In this document: one piece after another, positions 9,526 through 17,788 of the stretch
How the letters are laid out: every line of letters begins with the position of its first letter
Numbering within the stretch: the first letter of the stretch is position 1
NCBI GenBank assembly: GCA_964453125.1
Contig: CAYVSR010000001.1
Location: 1,030 to 31,005, forward strand
Source of the DNA: an uncultured Phycisphaeraceae bacterium
GTDB taxonomy: Bacteria; Planctomycetota; Phycisphaerae; Phycisphaerales; UBA1924
DNA: 29,976 nucleotides
Direction of reading: 5' to 3'
Program-made: the position numbers and the translations under genes
The notes under the pieces: model-generated
Seen by the model: the letters and a program-made list of their open reading frames with translations, nothing else
Databases searched by the model: none
Told to the model about the DNA's origin: nothing

Positions 9526-9840
9526 GGCTCGGGCGGGGGGCGGCGCAGTCGTTGTCAGCCACAGCGGGGCCCGGCGGGACCCCCGGGGCGGGGTGAACCC
9601 TTGCCAATGCGGCCCCCAACGGGCTTTCGGGGCCGTTCCCGCATCCGGCGCTCGCTCCGGAGAGTATCGTGGGCTAGATTATTCTGTTCCCGGACGTTCG
9701 CGTCTTGCGGCGTGATCGGTCCCCGTCTCGTCTCGCCCCCACTCGCGACCCCCCCACGCCGCTGACCGACACCCCGCGCCGCCCGCCGTCTCGCCGGGCG
9801 CGGGGTCCATCGGAACGAATCCGCAATCGGAGAACCGCCC

Positions 9841-12800
9841 GTGCCGACGCTCTCTCGATCCGTCTCGCTCGCCGTGGCCCTCGCCGCCTCGCTCGCCTCC
9901 GGCGCCATCGGCGCGGGCGAGCGGGCGCTGCTCCCCCTGCCGACCGGGAAGGAAGCGTCGGAGAGCGCGGGGCGCATCGGCCTGCTGCGCGTGCTGCTCA
10001 ACACCGAGGGCGTCGACGCGAACCACGAACTGATCGGGCGCGTGAAGTACTTCCAGAACGGCATGGCCCGCGACATGTACGTCGTCGCGCCCGGCGCCCG
10101 CGGCGCTGTGGGTGACGTCGCCGAACTGGACCTCACCCCCGGGCCGGGGCTGCCGATCACCTTCACGGCGAACGCGGAGGTCGTCGTCGGCACCAAGGGG
10201 CTGACCAGCCAAGCCGACGCCGCGGTCGCCTTCGAGCGCGCGGGCGTTCGTCGCGAGCTGCGCCCGCTGGCGTCGTTCCCCGGCGTCTATATGGTGCGCA
10301 CCGCGTCGGCGCTCGAGGCGTTCGAGGTGGCCGAGTCGCTGCTGGCGCTGCCGTTCGTGTCGTTCGCGCACCCCGACGGCGTGAGCGCCAAGAGCACCCT
10401 CGAGCCGCACAACCCGATGGCCCGCGCCCGCGGGACCGGCGGCGCCGACGCCTCGCCCGACGCCAACGTGCTTGACCCGGACGGGATGTCGATCGCCAGC
10501 GGCGGGGCGTACAACATCGGCACGACGCAGGTCGGCTTCCCGCTCATCAAGACCCTCGCGATCGAGAACACGGGCGACATGCCCCTGACGGTGAACAACG
10601 TCGCCGTGCCGCAGGGTTTCACCGTGCTGACCCAGCCCCCCGGGACGATCAACCCGGGCGCGGCGGCGCCTCTTGTCGTGAAGCTCGACGGCATCACGGT
10701 CGGCACGGTCGCCGGCCCCTGCACGTTCGGCAACAACGACCCGGACGAGAACCCCTACACGTTCACCATCACGGGCACGGTGACGGGCCAGGGCGGCACG
10801 GGCATCGGCGACCCGCTCTTCTCGCTGCAGTGGCACCTCGAGAACACGGGTCAGGGCCCCACGGGCTCGGCGGTGTTCGCGGGCTTTGACATCAACGTGC
10901 GCCCGGCGTGGGAACTCACGCTCGGGGAGGGCGCCCGCGTCGCCGTGATGGACGACGGCTGCCAGCCCGATCACCCGGACTACATCGGGAACGTGCTGTC
11001 GCTCAACGCCGCGGACAACGTGTTCGACGCCGCGTCTTCGTTCAACCGCGGGCCCGGGTCGCACGGCACGAGCGTCTCGGGCTGCGTCGCGGCGGTGGAC
11101 AACAACCTCGGCGTGCGCGGCTCGGCGCCGCGGGCTTCGCTGTTGCTCTCGTCCTCGTTCTATCAGCAGCTGACGCCGACGGTGATCTTCGCGTCGGACA
11201 CGCTGGTGGCGACGCGCATCAACAACGCGGTCGCGTCCGGGGCGTTCGTGCACACCAACTCGTGGTCGTTCGTCGACCCGACGTACCTGCCCGACGTCAT
11301 CCGCACCGCGATCCAGACGGGCTACACAACGGGGCGCACCAACCGGGGCGTGCTGTTCATGTTCGCCGCCGGCAATTCCGGCATCCCGGTCGAGTACAAC
11401 TCCTCGCTCGCGTCGATGCCCGAGACGGTCGCCGTCGCGGCGGTCTCGAACCAGGGTCGCCAGTCGACCTATTCCTCGTTCGGCGACAAGATCGAGTACG
11501 GCTCGCCCAGCAGCGGCGGGGCGACGGTGCAGGGCCAGCCCGCCCCGCTCCGTATCCAGACGACCGACGTCACCGACGTCGGCGGGTACAACAACTCCAT
11601 CTCCGAGAACGGCGGCGACTACGCGGCCACGTTCGGGGGCACGAGCGCCGCGACCCCGATCTCCGCCGGCGTCGCCGCGCTGATCTTCTCGTCGAACCCC
11701 GAGCTGCTCGCGGTGCAGGCCCGCCGGATCTTCAGGCACACGTCCCGCACCAATATCACGATCGGCAACTCCTTCCCCTTCGACACGCTCGCCAGCCACG
11801 CGCAGGGTTTCGGCGCCGGCCTGATCGACGCCGAAGCGGCCGTCAAGGCGGCGCGCGAGTCGCTCGACAACGGCGGGCTGACCTGGCCCGCGCCGCCCAC
11901 CGGCATCCTCGTGACGCGCCTGCCCACCTCCACCGTCGTCTCGTGGGCCAATCCGCCCACGACGAAGGACGGCGAGTACGGCGGGTTCGTGCTCGTGCTC
12001 CGCTATTCCGCCGGCACCGCCTTCAAGCCCGGCGACGGCCTCGAGTACGTCGTGGGCTCCACGCCCGACGTCGGCGTGCGCGTGATCGCGTCGGGCGACA
12101 TCACCACGTTCACGGACACGCAGGTCGGCACGAACACGAGCGCGACCTACGGCATCTTCACGCGCAACGCCGCGGGCAAGTGGTCCCGCCCTGGCATCGC
12201 TCGCGTGTACCCCGAGGAGCCGATCACGGTCTTCGCGGACAACTTCGAGAGCGACACGGGCTGGACCGTCCCCTCCGTCCAGGGCGAGCCCACCGAGAAC
12301 AACGAGTGGGAGCGCGGCACGCCCGGCTGGTCCGTGCCCCCGTTCGTGTTCCTCAACGCAGCCCACTCCGGCGCCAACGCCTTCGTGACCGACCTCGACG
12401 ACACATACGCGGGCTCGAACACCCAGCACATCCTCCTGTCGCCCGAGATCGACCTGACCGCAACCAACCCCCTCTTCAGCCGGCCGATCACCTCCGCGTC
12501 CGTGTCGTGGTGGGAACTCGTCGATTCGATCGGCGGCGGGGCCGACACCATGAAGGTCGAAGCGCTCGACGCCAGCACCATCACCGACGGCGTCGGCGGC
12601 GGCGGCGGCGAGCCGCAGCCCCTCGTGCTCAAGACCCTCGTCACCAAGAACACCGGCCTCGCCTTCCAGTGGCGCCAGCGCTGGTTTGACCTCCGCGGGC
12701 AGCGCGGCAAGAAGATCGTGCTGCGATTCACGCTCTCCACCTCGCTGCCCAACGCCCTCTCCGGCTGGTACATCGACGACATCCGCGTCGGCGCCTCGGT

Positions 12801-13098
12801 CAATAACGAGGGGCCCATCACCCCCGGCCGCCCGCGCCGCATCGTGCTGCCGCCGTCGTTCATCGGCCTCATCGACGACTTCTTCTCGCCCTCGCCCGAC
12901 GCGGACCCCGACCTCGACGGCTCGGGCTCGCTCGACACGCGCGACCTCGCCGCCATGCTCACGACCTTCGGCTCGACCCCCGGCGAGCAGGCGTACATCG
13001 AGCGCGCCGACCTCGACGCCGACGGGCGCATCGGCATGAGCGACCTTGTCCTCTTCCTCTCCTTCATGGCCGAGCAGGCGCACGCCACGCCGGAATAA
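9841..13098 (+). CDS. Secreted S8 (subtilisin/kexin-like) serine peptidase with Ig-like, beta-sandwich and dockerin-like domains, 1085 aa
   Basis: Signal peptide. Triad Asp (VAVMDDG, 10951), His (HGTSVSG, 11062), Ser (FGGTSAATP, 11644); oxyanion AAGNSG; QWHLENTGQ. C-terminal DLDGSGSLDTRDL...ADLDADGRIGMSDL. Confidence 0.92.
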   Translation: MPTLSRSVSLAVALAASLASGAIGAGERALLPLPTGKEASESAGRIGLLRVLLNTEGVDANHELIGRVKYFQNGMARDMYVVAPGARGAVGDVAELDLTPGPGLPITFTANAEVVVGTKGLTSQADAAVAFERAGVRRELRPLASFPGVYMVRTASALEAFEVAESLLALPFVSFAHPDGVSAKSTLEPHNPMARARGTGGADASPDANVLDPDGMSIASGGAYNIGTTQVGFPLIKTLAIENTGDMPLTVNNVAVPQGFTVLTQPPGTINPGAAAPLVVKLDGITVGTVAGPCTFGNNDPDENPYTFTITGTVTGQGGTGIGDPLFSLQWHLENTGQGPTGSAVFAGFDINVRPAWELTLGEGARVAVMDDGCQPDHPDYIGNVLSLNAADNVFDAASSFNRGPGSHGTSVSGCVAAVDNNLGVRGSAPRASLLLSSSFYQQLTPTVIFASDTLVATRINNAVASGAFVHTNSWSFVDPTYLPDVIRTAIQTGYTTGRTNRGVLFMFAAGNSGIPVEYNSSLASMPETVAVAAVSNQGRQSTYSSFGDKIEYGSPSSGGATVQGQPAPLRIQTTDVTDVGGYNNSISENGGDYAATFGGTSAATPISAGVAALIFSSNPELLAVQARRIFRHTSRTNITIGNSFPFDTLASHAQGFGAGLIDAEAAVKAARESLDNGGLTWPAPPTGILVTRLPTSTVVSWANPPTTKDGEYGGFVLVLRYSAGTAFKPGDGLEYVVGSTPDVGVRVIASGDITTFTDTQVGTNTSATYGIFTRNAAGKWSRPGIARVYPEEPITVFADNFESDTGWTVPSVQGEPTENNEWERGTPGWSVPPFVFLNAAHSGANAFVTDLDDTYAGSNTQHILLSPEIDLTATNPLFSRPITSASVSWWELVDSIGGGADTMKVEALDASTITDGVGGGGGEPQPLVLKTLVTKNTGLAFQWRQRWFDLRGQRGKKIVLRFTLSTSLPNALSGWYIDDIRVGASVNNEGPITPGRPRRIVLPPSFIGLIDDFFSPSPDADPDLDGSGSLDTRDLAAMLTTFGSTPGEQAYIERADLDADGRIGMSDLVLFLSFMAEQAHATPE

Positions 13099-13136
13099 CC
13101 ACGCCCGCGCCGGCGCGCATCCTTCCCGAATACGCG

Positions 13137-13168
13137 GCGGCCCCCGGCTCTCCGGGGGCCGCTTTCTT
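13137..13168 (+). terminator. Rho-independent terminator of the S8 peptidase gene
   Basis: Perfect 11-bp stem GCGGCCCCCGG-CTCT-CCGGGGGCCGC followed by TTTCTT. Confidence 0.85.
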
Positions 13169-13325
13169 GCGTGCCCGCGCGTGCGATCAGCCGCACAGCC
13201 CGCACGACCGGCACGACCACCGCCGCCGACACGTCCGTCTGCGCGTTCTCCGGCCTGCGCCCCACTCACCCCGCGCCGCGAGGCCGATAGGCCAGCGTCC
13301 CGCGAGGGCACGGAGGCCTGCCACG

Positions 13326-13511
13326 ATGAGCACTTCGAAGCAGACGTTTTCTCAGGTGAAGGACATCCTCCGCAAACTCGATCGGTCGATCGACGACGCG
13401 AGAGAGAAGCGCCTCCGCCCGGCCCTCCAGGCCCCGGTCGCCGGCCACGACCCCCGTGCCGCGGGCCCCCATCCCGGCCCGGGGGGCCTCCCGAACCTGC
13501 GCCACGGCTGA
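13326..13511 (+). CDS. Small hypothetical protein, 61 aa
   Basis: GGAGG at 13312-13316, ATG 13326. Amphipathic N-terminal helix FSQVKDILRKLDRSIDDAREKRL followed by a Pro/Gly-rich tail. Confidence 0.6.
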   Translation: MSTSKQTFSQVKDILRKLDRSIDDAREKRLRPALQAPVAGHDPRAAGPHPGPGGLPNLRHG

Positions 13512-13569
13512 CCGCTTCGGCCGGCGATGGCGCCCGCCCTCCCCGCTCGCCCGGCGGCGGCCGCCGCGG

Positions 13570-13575
13570 TATGAT
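13570..13575 (+). promoter_or_regulatory. Putative -10 element (TATGAT) of the tRNA-Gln gene
   Basis: Near-consensus hexamer 14 nt before the mature tRNA 5' end. Confidence 0.6.
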
Positions 13576-13589
13576 CACCGTCGCCAATT

Positions 13590-13660
13590 TGGGGATTGGT
13601 GTAACGGTAGCACGACTGACTCTGGCTCAGTTAGTCTAGGTTCAAATCCTAGATCCCCAG
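13590..13660 (+). tRNA. tRNA-Gln (anticodon CTG), CCA not encoded
   Basis: Acceptor TGGGGAT/ATCCCCA (T1-A72, typical of Gln); D arm GTGT/GCAC; anticodon stem ACTGA/TCAGT with loop CT-CTG-GC (CTG at 13622-13624); T arm CTAGG-TTCAAAT-CCTAG; discriminator G. Confidence 0.97.
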
Positions 13661-13671
13661 TTCGTTCGCCC

Positions 13672-13697
13672 ACGCCCGCCACCTCCGGCGGGCGTTG
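13672..13697 (+). terminator. Hairpin terminator after tRNA-Gln
   Basis: ACGCCCGCC-ACCTCC-GGCGGGCGT followed by a weak T-rich tail (TGTCATT). Confidence 0.55.
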
Positions 13698-13841
13698 TCA
13701 TTGGTCCCTGTGGGCGACGCACCGCCCCCGCGAGGTGAGCGCGGATTCCGGCCCGATTCATCCCGACGATCGGCTGCGCCGCCATGCTTGCGTCTGGATC
13801 GCCGGCCCTGTCCGCCGGCCTCCGCACCTGGAGGCGCACCC

Positions 13842-14654
13842 ATGAGACGCATGCTTCTGACCATCGCCGGCCTGCCCCTGCTCGCGGGCTGCGCGAGCAG
13901 CGAATACGACCGCGAGTCGGCGTACCGCGACCGCTCCGGCGCCCACGGCTCCAGCGCCGACAGCCGCTACGGGCGCGACACGTGGGACGGCCCTCCCGAA
14001 GACCCCAACGCGCCCAAGAGCGCCACCGGGGTCAACTCCGACTCCACCACGCAGGCCTACGACCCCAACCAACGCATCCTCTACAACAGCCCGCCCGACC
14101 GCGACGGGCGCACCCAGGCCACCATCGCCCTCGGCCTCACCGGCTGGCCCGCCGAGTCGCGCGCCGCCGCCGAGGCCATGTACGCGAAGCACGGCATGCC
14201 GGACGATCGCGCCGACGGCGTCATCTGCTGGAAGGACCGCGCCCCGTTCGTCCGCATCGCGGTCTTCCGCGACGCCTGGGATCACAACTTCCCCGCGCCC
14301 CACCGCGACGTCATCGAGCACGTCGTGCTCCTCCGCGTGCCGCCAGACAAGATCGATGATCTCGGCGCGTTCGACGGCAGCATCCACGTGATGCGCACCC
14401 CCGGCGAGGTCGCGGCGCGCTGCGACCGTGAGGAGATGAACATCGCGGCGCTCAACCTCGCCAACGAGATCGCCTCGGGCGAACGCTCCGCAGGGGAGGC
14501 CCGCGACGAGCTCGCACGCGTCGCCCGCGAGTTGAGCCGCGGCGCACGACCGTCCCTGGCCCAGTCGCTGCGCTTCACCCCCGGCTCTCACGCCACGGCG
14601 TACGTGGACGAGCCCGACCGTTCCGCCGGGTCCATCGAGGCGCGTCGCGACTGA
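13842..14654 (+). CDS. Hypothetical lipoprotein, 270 aa
   Basis: GGAGG SD, ATG 13842, lipobox LAGC (Cys17). Low-complexity N-terminal half, then a globular region (WPAESR...HNFPAPHRD...FDGS...ARCDREEMNIAALNL). Confidence 0.8.
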   Translation: MRRMLLTIAGLPLLAGCASSEYDRESAYRDRSGAHGSSADSRYGRDTWDGPPEDPNAPKSATGVNSDSTTQAYDPNQRILYNSPPDRDGRTQATIALGLTGWPAESRAAAEAMYAKHGMPDDRADGVICWKDRAPFVRIAVFRDAWDHNFPAPHRDVIEHVVLLRVPPDKIDDLGAFDGSIHVMRTPGEVAARCDREEMNIAALNLANEIASGERSAGEARDELARVARELSRGARPSLAQSLRFTPGSHATAYVDEPDRSAGSIEARRD

Positions 14655-14677
14655 CCGTCTTCCGAACCACGGGTCGC

Positions 14678-14722
14678 ACCGGGCCGGGGCGCGGAGGGCT
14701 GCCTCGGCCCGGTCACCTTTTT
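14678..14722. terminator. Probable terminator between the convergent lipoprotein and dehydrogenase genes
   Basis: 13-bp stem ACCGGGCCGGGGC / GCCTCGGCCCGGT (one G-T pair), 10-nt loop, TTTTT at 14718-14722. Confidence 0.55.
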
Positions 14723-14732
14723 GAACGAGCGT

Positions 14733-15704
14733 TCAGGCGCGAAGCGCGTTGGGCGGCGCCGCCCCCGACAGGATCGCTCGCACGTTCGCCGCCACCATCT
14801 CGGTCATCAGTTCTCTGTGCCTCGCGCTGGCGCTCCCGATGTGGGGCGTCAGGGCGATCCGCCGGCACGCGCGGAGCGCCTCGCCGGGTCGTGGCTCGAA
14901 CTCGTACACGTCCAGACCCGCGCCGAAGATCCTGCCCTCGTTGACGGCGCGCACCAGCGCCGCCTCGTCCACCACCGGCCCGCGCGCGGTGTTCACCAGC
15001 ACGGCCGTGGGCTTCATCAGCCCCAGGCGCCGCTCGTCGATCAGATGTCGGGTCTCGGGGGTCAGTGGCGTGTGGATGCTCACGAAGTCGGCCTCGCGCA
15101 GGCCATCTTCCAGCCCCACGCGCCGCCCACCGATCGGCGCAAACTCGAACTCGAGGTGGCGCGAGCGCGCGACGTACAGCGTGCGCATGCCCCAGCCCAG
15201 ACCGCGCGTCGCGACGCCATAGCCGATCCGCCCGGCGCCCACGATCAGCAGCGTCTGCCCGGTGAGGTGCACCCCCAGAAAGTCGTTCATGCCCAGGAAG
15301 CCCCGGCGGGGGTACTCCTCGCTCCGCGAGTACGCGTCGGCCTCGGGCAGGCGTCGCGCGGCGGCGAGCATGAGGGCCCACGCGAGGTCCGCCGTGCCCT
15401 CCGTCACCGCGTCGGGCGTGTTGCAGACCGCCACACCCCTCGCCGCGCACGCCGCGCGATCGATGTTGTCGAACCCCACGGCGAAGTTCACGACCCCCTT
15501 GAGACCCGGCCCGCCCGCGTCGAGCACGCCGGCGTCCACCCGGTCGTGGTACATGGTGACGAGCACACCGGGCTTGTGCAGCGTGACGAACGCCGCGAGC
15601 GCTCCCGGCTCGCGCACCCCCTCCTCGGGCCCGATGATGACGCGGGCGCCCGGCCCGGGGTCGAGCGTGCCTGGATACGGGCGAGTGACGGCGACGGTGT
15701 GCAT
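14733..15704 (-). CDS. D-isomer-specific 2-hydroxyacid dehydrogenase (D-glycerate dehydrogenase / glyoxylate reductase family), 323 aa
   Basis: NFAVGFDNID, NTPDAVTEGTADL, Rossmann GAGRIG, NTARGPVVDE, GLDVYEFEP, PHIGSA. Start reassigned to ATG 15704. Confidence 0.95.
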   Translation of the reverse strand: MHTVAVTRPYPGTLDPGPGARVIIGPEEGVREPGALAAFVTLHKPGVLVTMYHDRVDAGVLDAGGPGLKGVVNFAVGFDNIDRAACAARGVAVCNTPDAVTEGTADLAWALMLAAARRLPEADAYSRSEEYPRRGFLGMNDFLGVHLTGQTLLIVGAGRIGYGVATRGLGWGMRTLYVARSRHLEFEFAPIGGRRVGLEDGLREADFVSIHTPLTPETRHLIDERRLGLMKPTAVLVNTARGPVVDEAALVRAVNEGRIFGAGLDVYEFEPRPGEALRACRRIALTPHIGSASARHRELMTEMVAANVRAILSGAAPPNALRA

Positions 15705-15709
15705 CGGGG

Positions 15710-16279
15710 TCACTCTATCGGCTTGGCCTGATCGCGAAGTCGCGCGAGCAGCGGCGCAACCCCTTCCCGCTTCGCCCACGAGTCGAGATAGTTCGCGTCG
15801 AGGATCGGGCGTTGAACCTCGTACACGGCGATGGCGTCGAGCAGGTGGCGGTCGCCCCCGCCGTGGCGCGCGATCCACAGGAGCTTCATGAGAATCGTGT
15901 CCTCGGGCGCCGAAGCCCACGCGGTGGTGTCGCCGATCGCGAGACGCACGCGTCTGGAGAACCGCGACAGGTCGAAGGGCTCCTCCGTCAAGGCCCACAC
16001 GTCGATCTTGTCCGCTTCTGCGATGTCGAGGATGTTGAACATCCCCCCGGCGTGCGCGGCGTCCGCCGCCGCCATCGCGTCAGCGTAGAAGTCGGGCTCC
16101 GGGAACGCGCGGACGATGCGGCTCGCCACCGCGGCGGTCAGCTCGACCACCACGTCGATGTCGTGCGTGGAGCGTGGGTTGCCCTGCGCACTGGAAACGA
16201 GCGAGCCAGTGAGCATGTACTCCGCGCCCGCCTGCTCCAATGCGCCGACCAGCCTGTTCAGGGATCTCTGCTGCGGCAT
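15710..16279 (-). CDS. Pol-beta superfamily nucleotidyltransferase, putative MenT/AbiEii-like toxin, 189 aa
   Basis: hG[GS]x13DhD motif MLTGSLVSSAQGNPRSTHDIDVVV; third acidic KIDVW; EDTILMKL helix; distal DAIAV. Confidence 0.8.
   Translation of the reverse strand: MPQQRSLNRLVGALEQAGAEYMLTGSLVSSAQGNPRSTHDIDVVVELTAAVASRIVRAFPEPDFYADAMAAADAAHAGGMFNILDIAEADKIDVWALTEEPFDLSRFSRRVRLAIGDTTAWASAPEDTILMKLLWIARHGGGDRHLLDAIAVYEVQRPILDANYLDSWAKREGVAPLLARLRDQAKPIE
15712..15717 (-). promoter_or_regulatory. Putative -10 element (TAGAGT), 7 nt before the dehydrogenase ATG
   Basis: Minus strand TAGAGT-gaccccg-ATG. The hexamer lies in the last codons and stop of the upstream nucleotidyltransferase gene. Confidence 0.55.
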
Positions 16280-16473
16280 CGCGCCATGTGCTCCAGCGCC
16301 AGCCGGCGGATCGCCGGCTCCGTCCGGTCCGGGAAGCGCCGCCGCAACCCCTCGAGGAACGCGTCCTTCGTCCTGTCCGACAACTCGAACGCCTTGAGAA
16401 GACGCCGCTCCGGCCCCATCTCGCGCAGCGCCCTGATGTAGCGCTCGTGGTTGGGCCGGGGCTTGGGGTCCAT
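16258..16473 (-). CDS. Small helical protein, putative antitoxin (Rv0078B/MenA1-like), 71 aa
   Basis: MDPKPRPNHERYIRALREMGPERRLLKAFELSDRTKDAFLEGLRRRFPD... Overlaps the NTase start by 22 nt and has its own -10 box. Alternative ATG at 16482. Confidence 0.7.
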   Translation of the reverse strand: MDPKPRPNHERYIRALREMGPERRLLKAFELSDRTKDAFLEGLRRRFPDRTEPAIRRLALEHMARCRSRDP

Positions 16474-16480
16474 GCGGGGC

Positions 16481-16486
16481 ATTCTA
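16481..16486 (-). promoter_or_regulatory. Putative -10 element (TAGAAT), 7 nt before the small-ORF ATG 16473
   Basis: Minus strand TAGAAT-gccccgc-ATG. Its TAG is also the amidohydrolase stop codon. Confidence 0.6.
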
Positions 16487-17788
16487 GCGCGCCGCGCCGC
16501 CCGCCCCCGGCGCCGCCATGCACGCCCGCGCCTCCGCCTCGGTCAGCGCCTGCCCCGGCGCGACCGCGTCTCCGATCTCGGCCCCGCGCCGCCGGCGCTG
16601 CACCGCCGCCTGCACGTTGTCCTCCACGCTCGGCTCCACGACAGGCGTGTCGCTGCCGAACCACACCAGTTCCTCCGGCGCCCGCCCCGCGGCGCGCACG
16701 CCGTCCACGATGTCGCGCAGCGGGTACGCCCGCGCCATCAAATGCGGCGTGAACCGGCGCAGCGCCTCGACGTCCGCCAGCAGGTGGCAGGGTTGGGGCG
16801 ACGCGATCACACCCAGAGCGCCGAAGCGCGGCGCATCCTCCTCGTGTACGAACTGGCAGTGCTCGATGCGCCACCCCGGCGAGCGGGGGCGGACGCGCCC
16901 GATCGCGTCGAGCCCCTGACGCACCGCGCGGTCGCCGATGGCGTGCATCGCCAGCGGGAACCCGCGGTCGTCCGCGCGCCGGATGGCCGCGTCGAGCGCG
17001 TCGTCCGTGAACAGCCCCTCGCCGCTGGGCCGGCCCTCGATCGGCTCCTCGTATCGCGACAGCAGCCACGCCGTGCGCGAGTTGAGCGTGCCGTCGAGAA
17101 AGATCTTGCCACCCGCGAGGCGCAGCCCCGGCCGCTCCCACGCGCTGCTGGACGCCCACGCGCCCTCCAGTTGATCGAGCGGCGCGTAGAGCCACACGCG
17201 CACCGCGCACGCCGCCTCGTCGCCCTCGTCGATCAGTCGCGCGATCGTCGGCCCCAGCCAGGGCTGGGCGTGCATGTCGTGGACCTCGCAGAACCCGCGT
17301 GCGCGCAGGTCGGCGAGCGCCAGGCGCACCGCGTCGCGCTGGTCGGCCTCGCTCGCCGGCGGGATCGCGGCGCGCAGCAGCGCGGACGCGGACTCGATAA
17401 GCAGGCCGGTGGGCTCACCGCGCCCGTCGCGCTCGATCACGCCGCCGACCGGGTCGGGCGTGTCGCGGGTGATCCCGGCCAGGCGCAGCGCCGCGCCCGA
17501 CGCCGCGCACGCGTGCAGGTCGAAGGACCGCACGAACGCCGGCCGCCCCCCCACCGCGTCGTCCAGTTCGCCGCGCGTGGGAAAGCGCCCCTCGGGCCAG
17601 CCGGCGACGCGCGCCAGCGCCCCCTTCACCCAGCCCCCCGGCGCCGTGTCGCGCGCCCGCTCGGCCATTCGGCGCAGGCAGTCGCTCACGGAATCGCAGT
17701 CGTGCATGCGCACGCACGAGGTCTGCTCGGCGTGCGCGTAGATGTGCAGGTGCGCATCGCGCCAGCGCGTCGCCGGCGCCCCGCTCAC
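16484..17788 (-). CDS. Amidohydrolase family protein (YtcJ-like, Amidohydro_3), 434 aa
   Basis: Metal-binding DAHLH, KIFLDG, MHAIGDRA, RIEHCQ, FGSDTP. GTG 17788 overlaps the upstream TGA (GTGA). Confidence 0.88.
   Translation of the reverse strand: MSGAPATRWRDAHLHIYAHAEQTSCVRMHDCDSVSDCLRRMAERARDTAPGGWVKGALARVAGWPEGRFPTRGELDDAVGGRPAFVRSFDLHACAASGAALRLAGITRDTPDPVGGVIERDGRGEPTGLLIESASALLRAAIPPASEADQRDAVRLALADLRARGFCEVHDMHAQPWLGPTIARLIDEGDEAACAVRVWLYAPLDQLEGAWASSSAWERPGLRLAGGKIFLDGTLNSRTAWLLSRYEEPIEGRPSGEGLFTDDALDAAIRRADDRGFPLAMHAIGDRAVRQGLDAIGRVRPRSPGWRIEHCQFVHEEDAPRFGALGVIASPQPCHLLADVEALRRFTPHLMARAYPLRDIVDGVRAAGRAPEELVWFGSDTPVVEPSVEDNVQAAVQRRRRGAEIGDAVAPGQALTEAEARACMAAPGAGGAAR

Noticed and set aside
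9679-13587. 1302-aa antisense ORF, plus similar long shadow ORFs (e.g. 2064-4319, 5164-7863, 7125-9596, 19233-22022)
   Set aside because: They are Arg/Ala/Gly-rich translations with no motifs, lying over well-supported genes. This is the expected stop-codon depletion in a GC3-biased genome.
13590-16486. Genomic island integrated at tRNA-Gln
   Set aside because: No integrase, no duplicated tRNA 3' end was noticed, and a housekeeping-type dehydrogenase lies in the interval. Only the small TA-like pair looks accessory.
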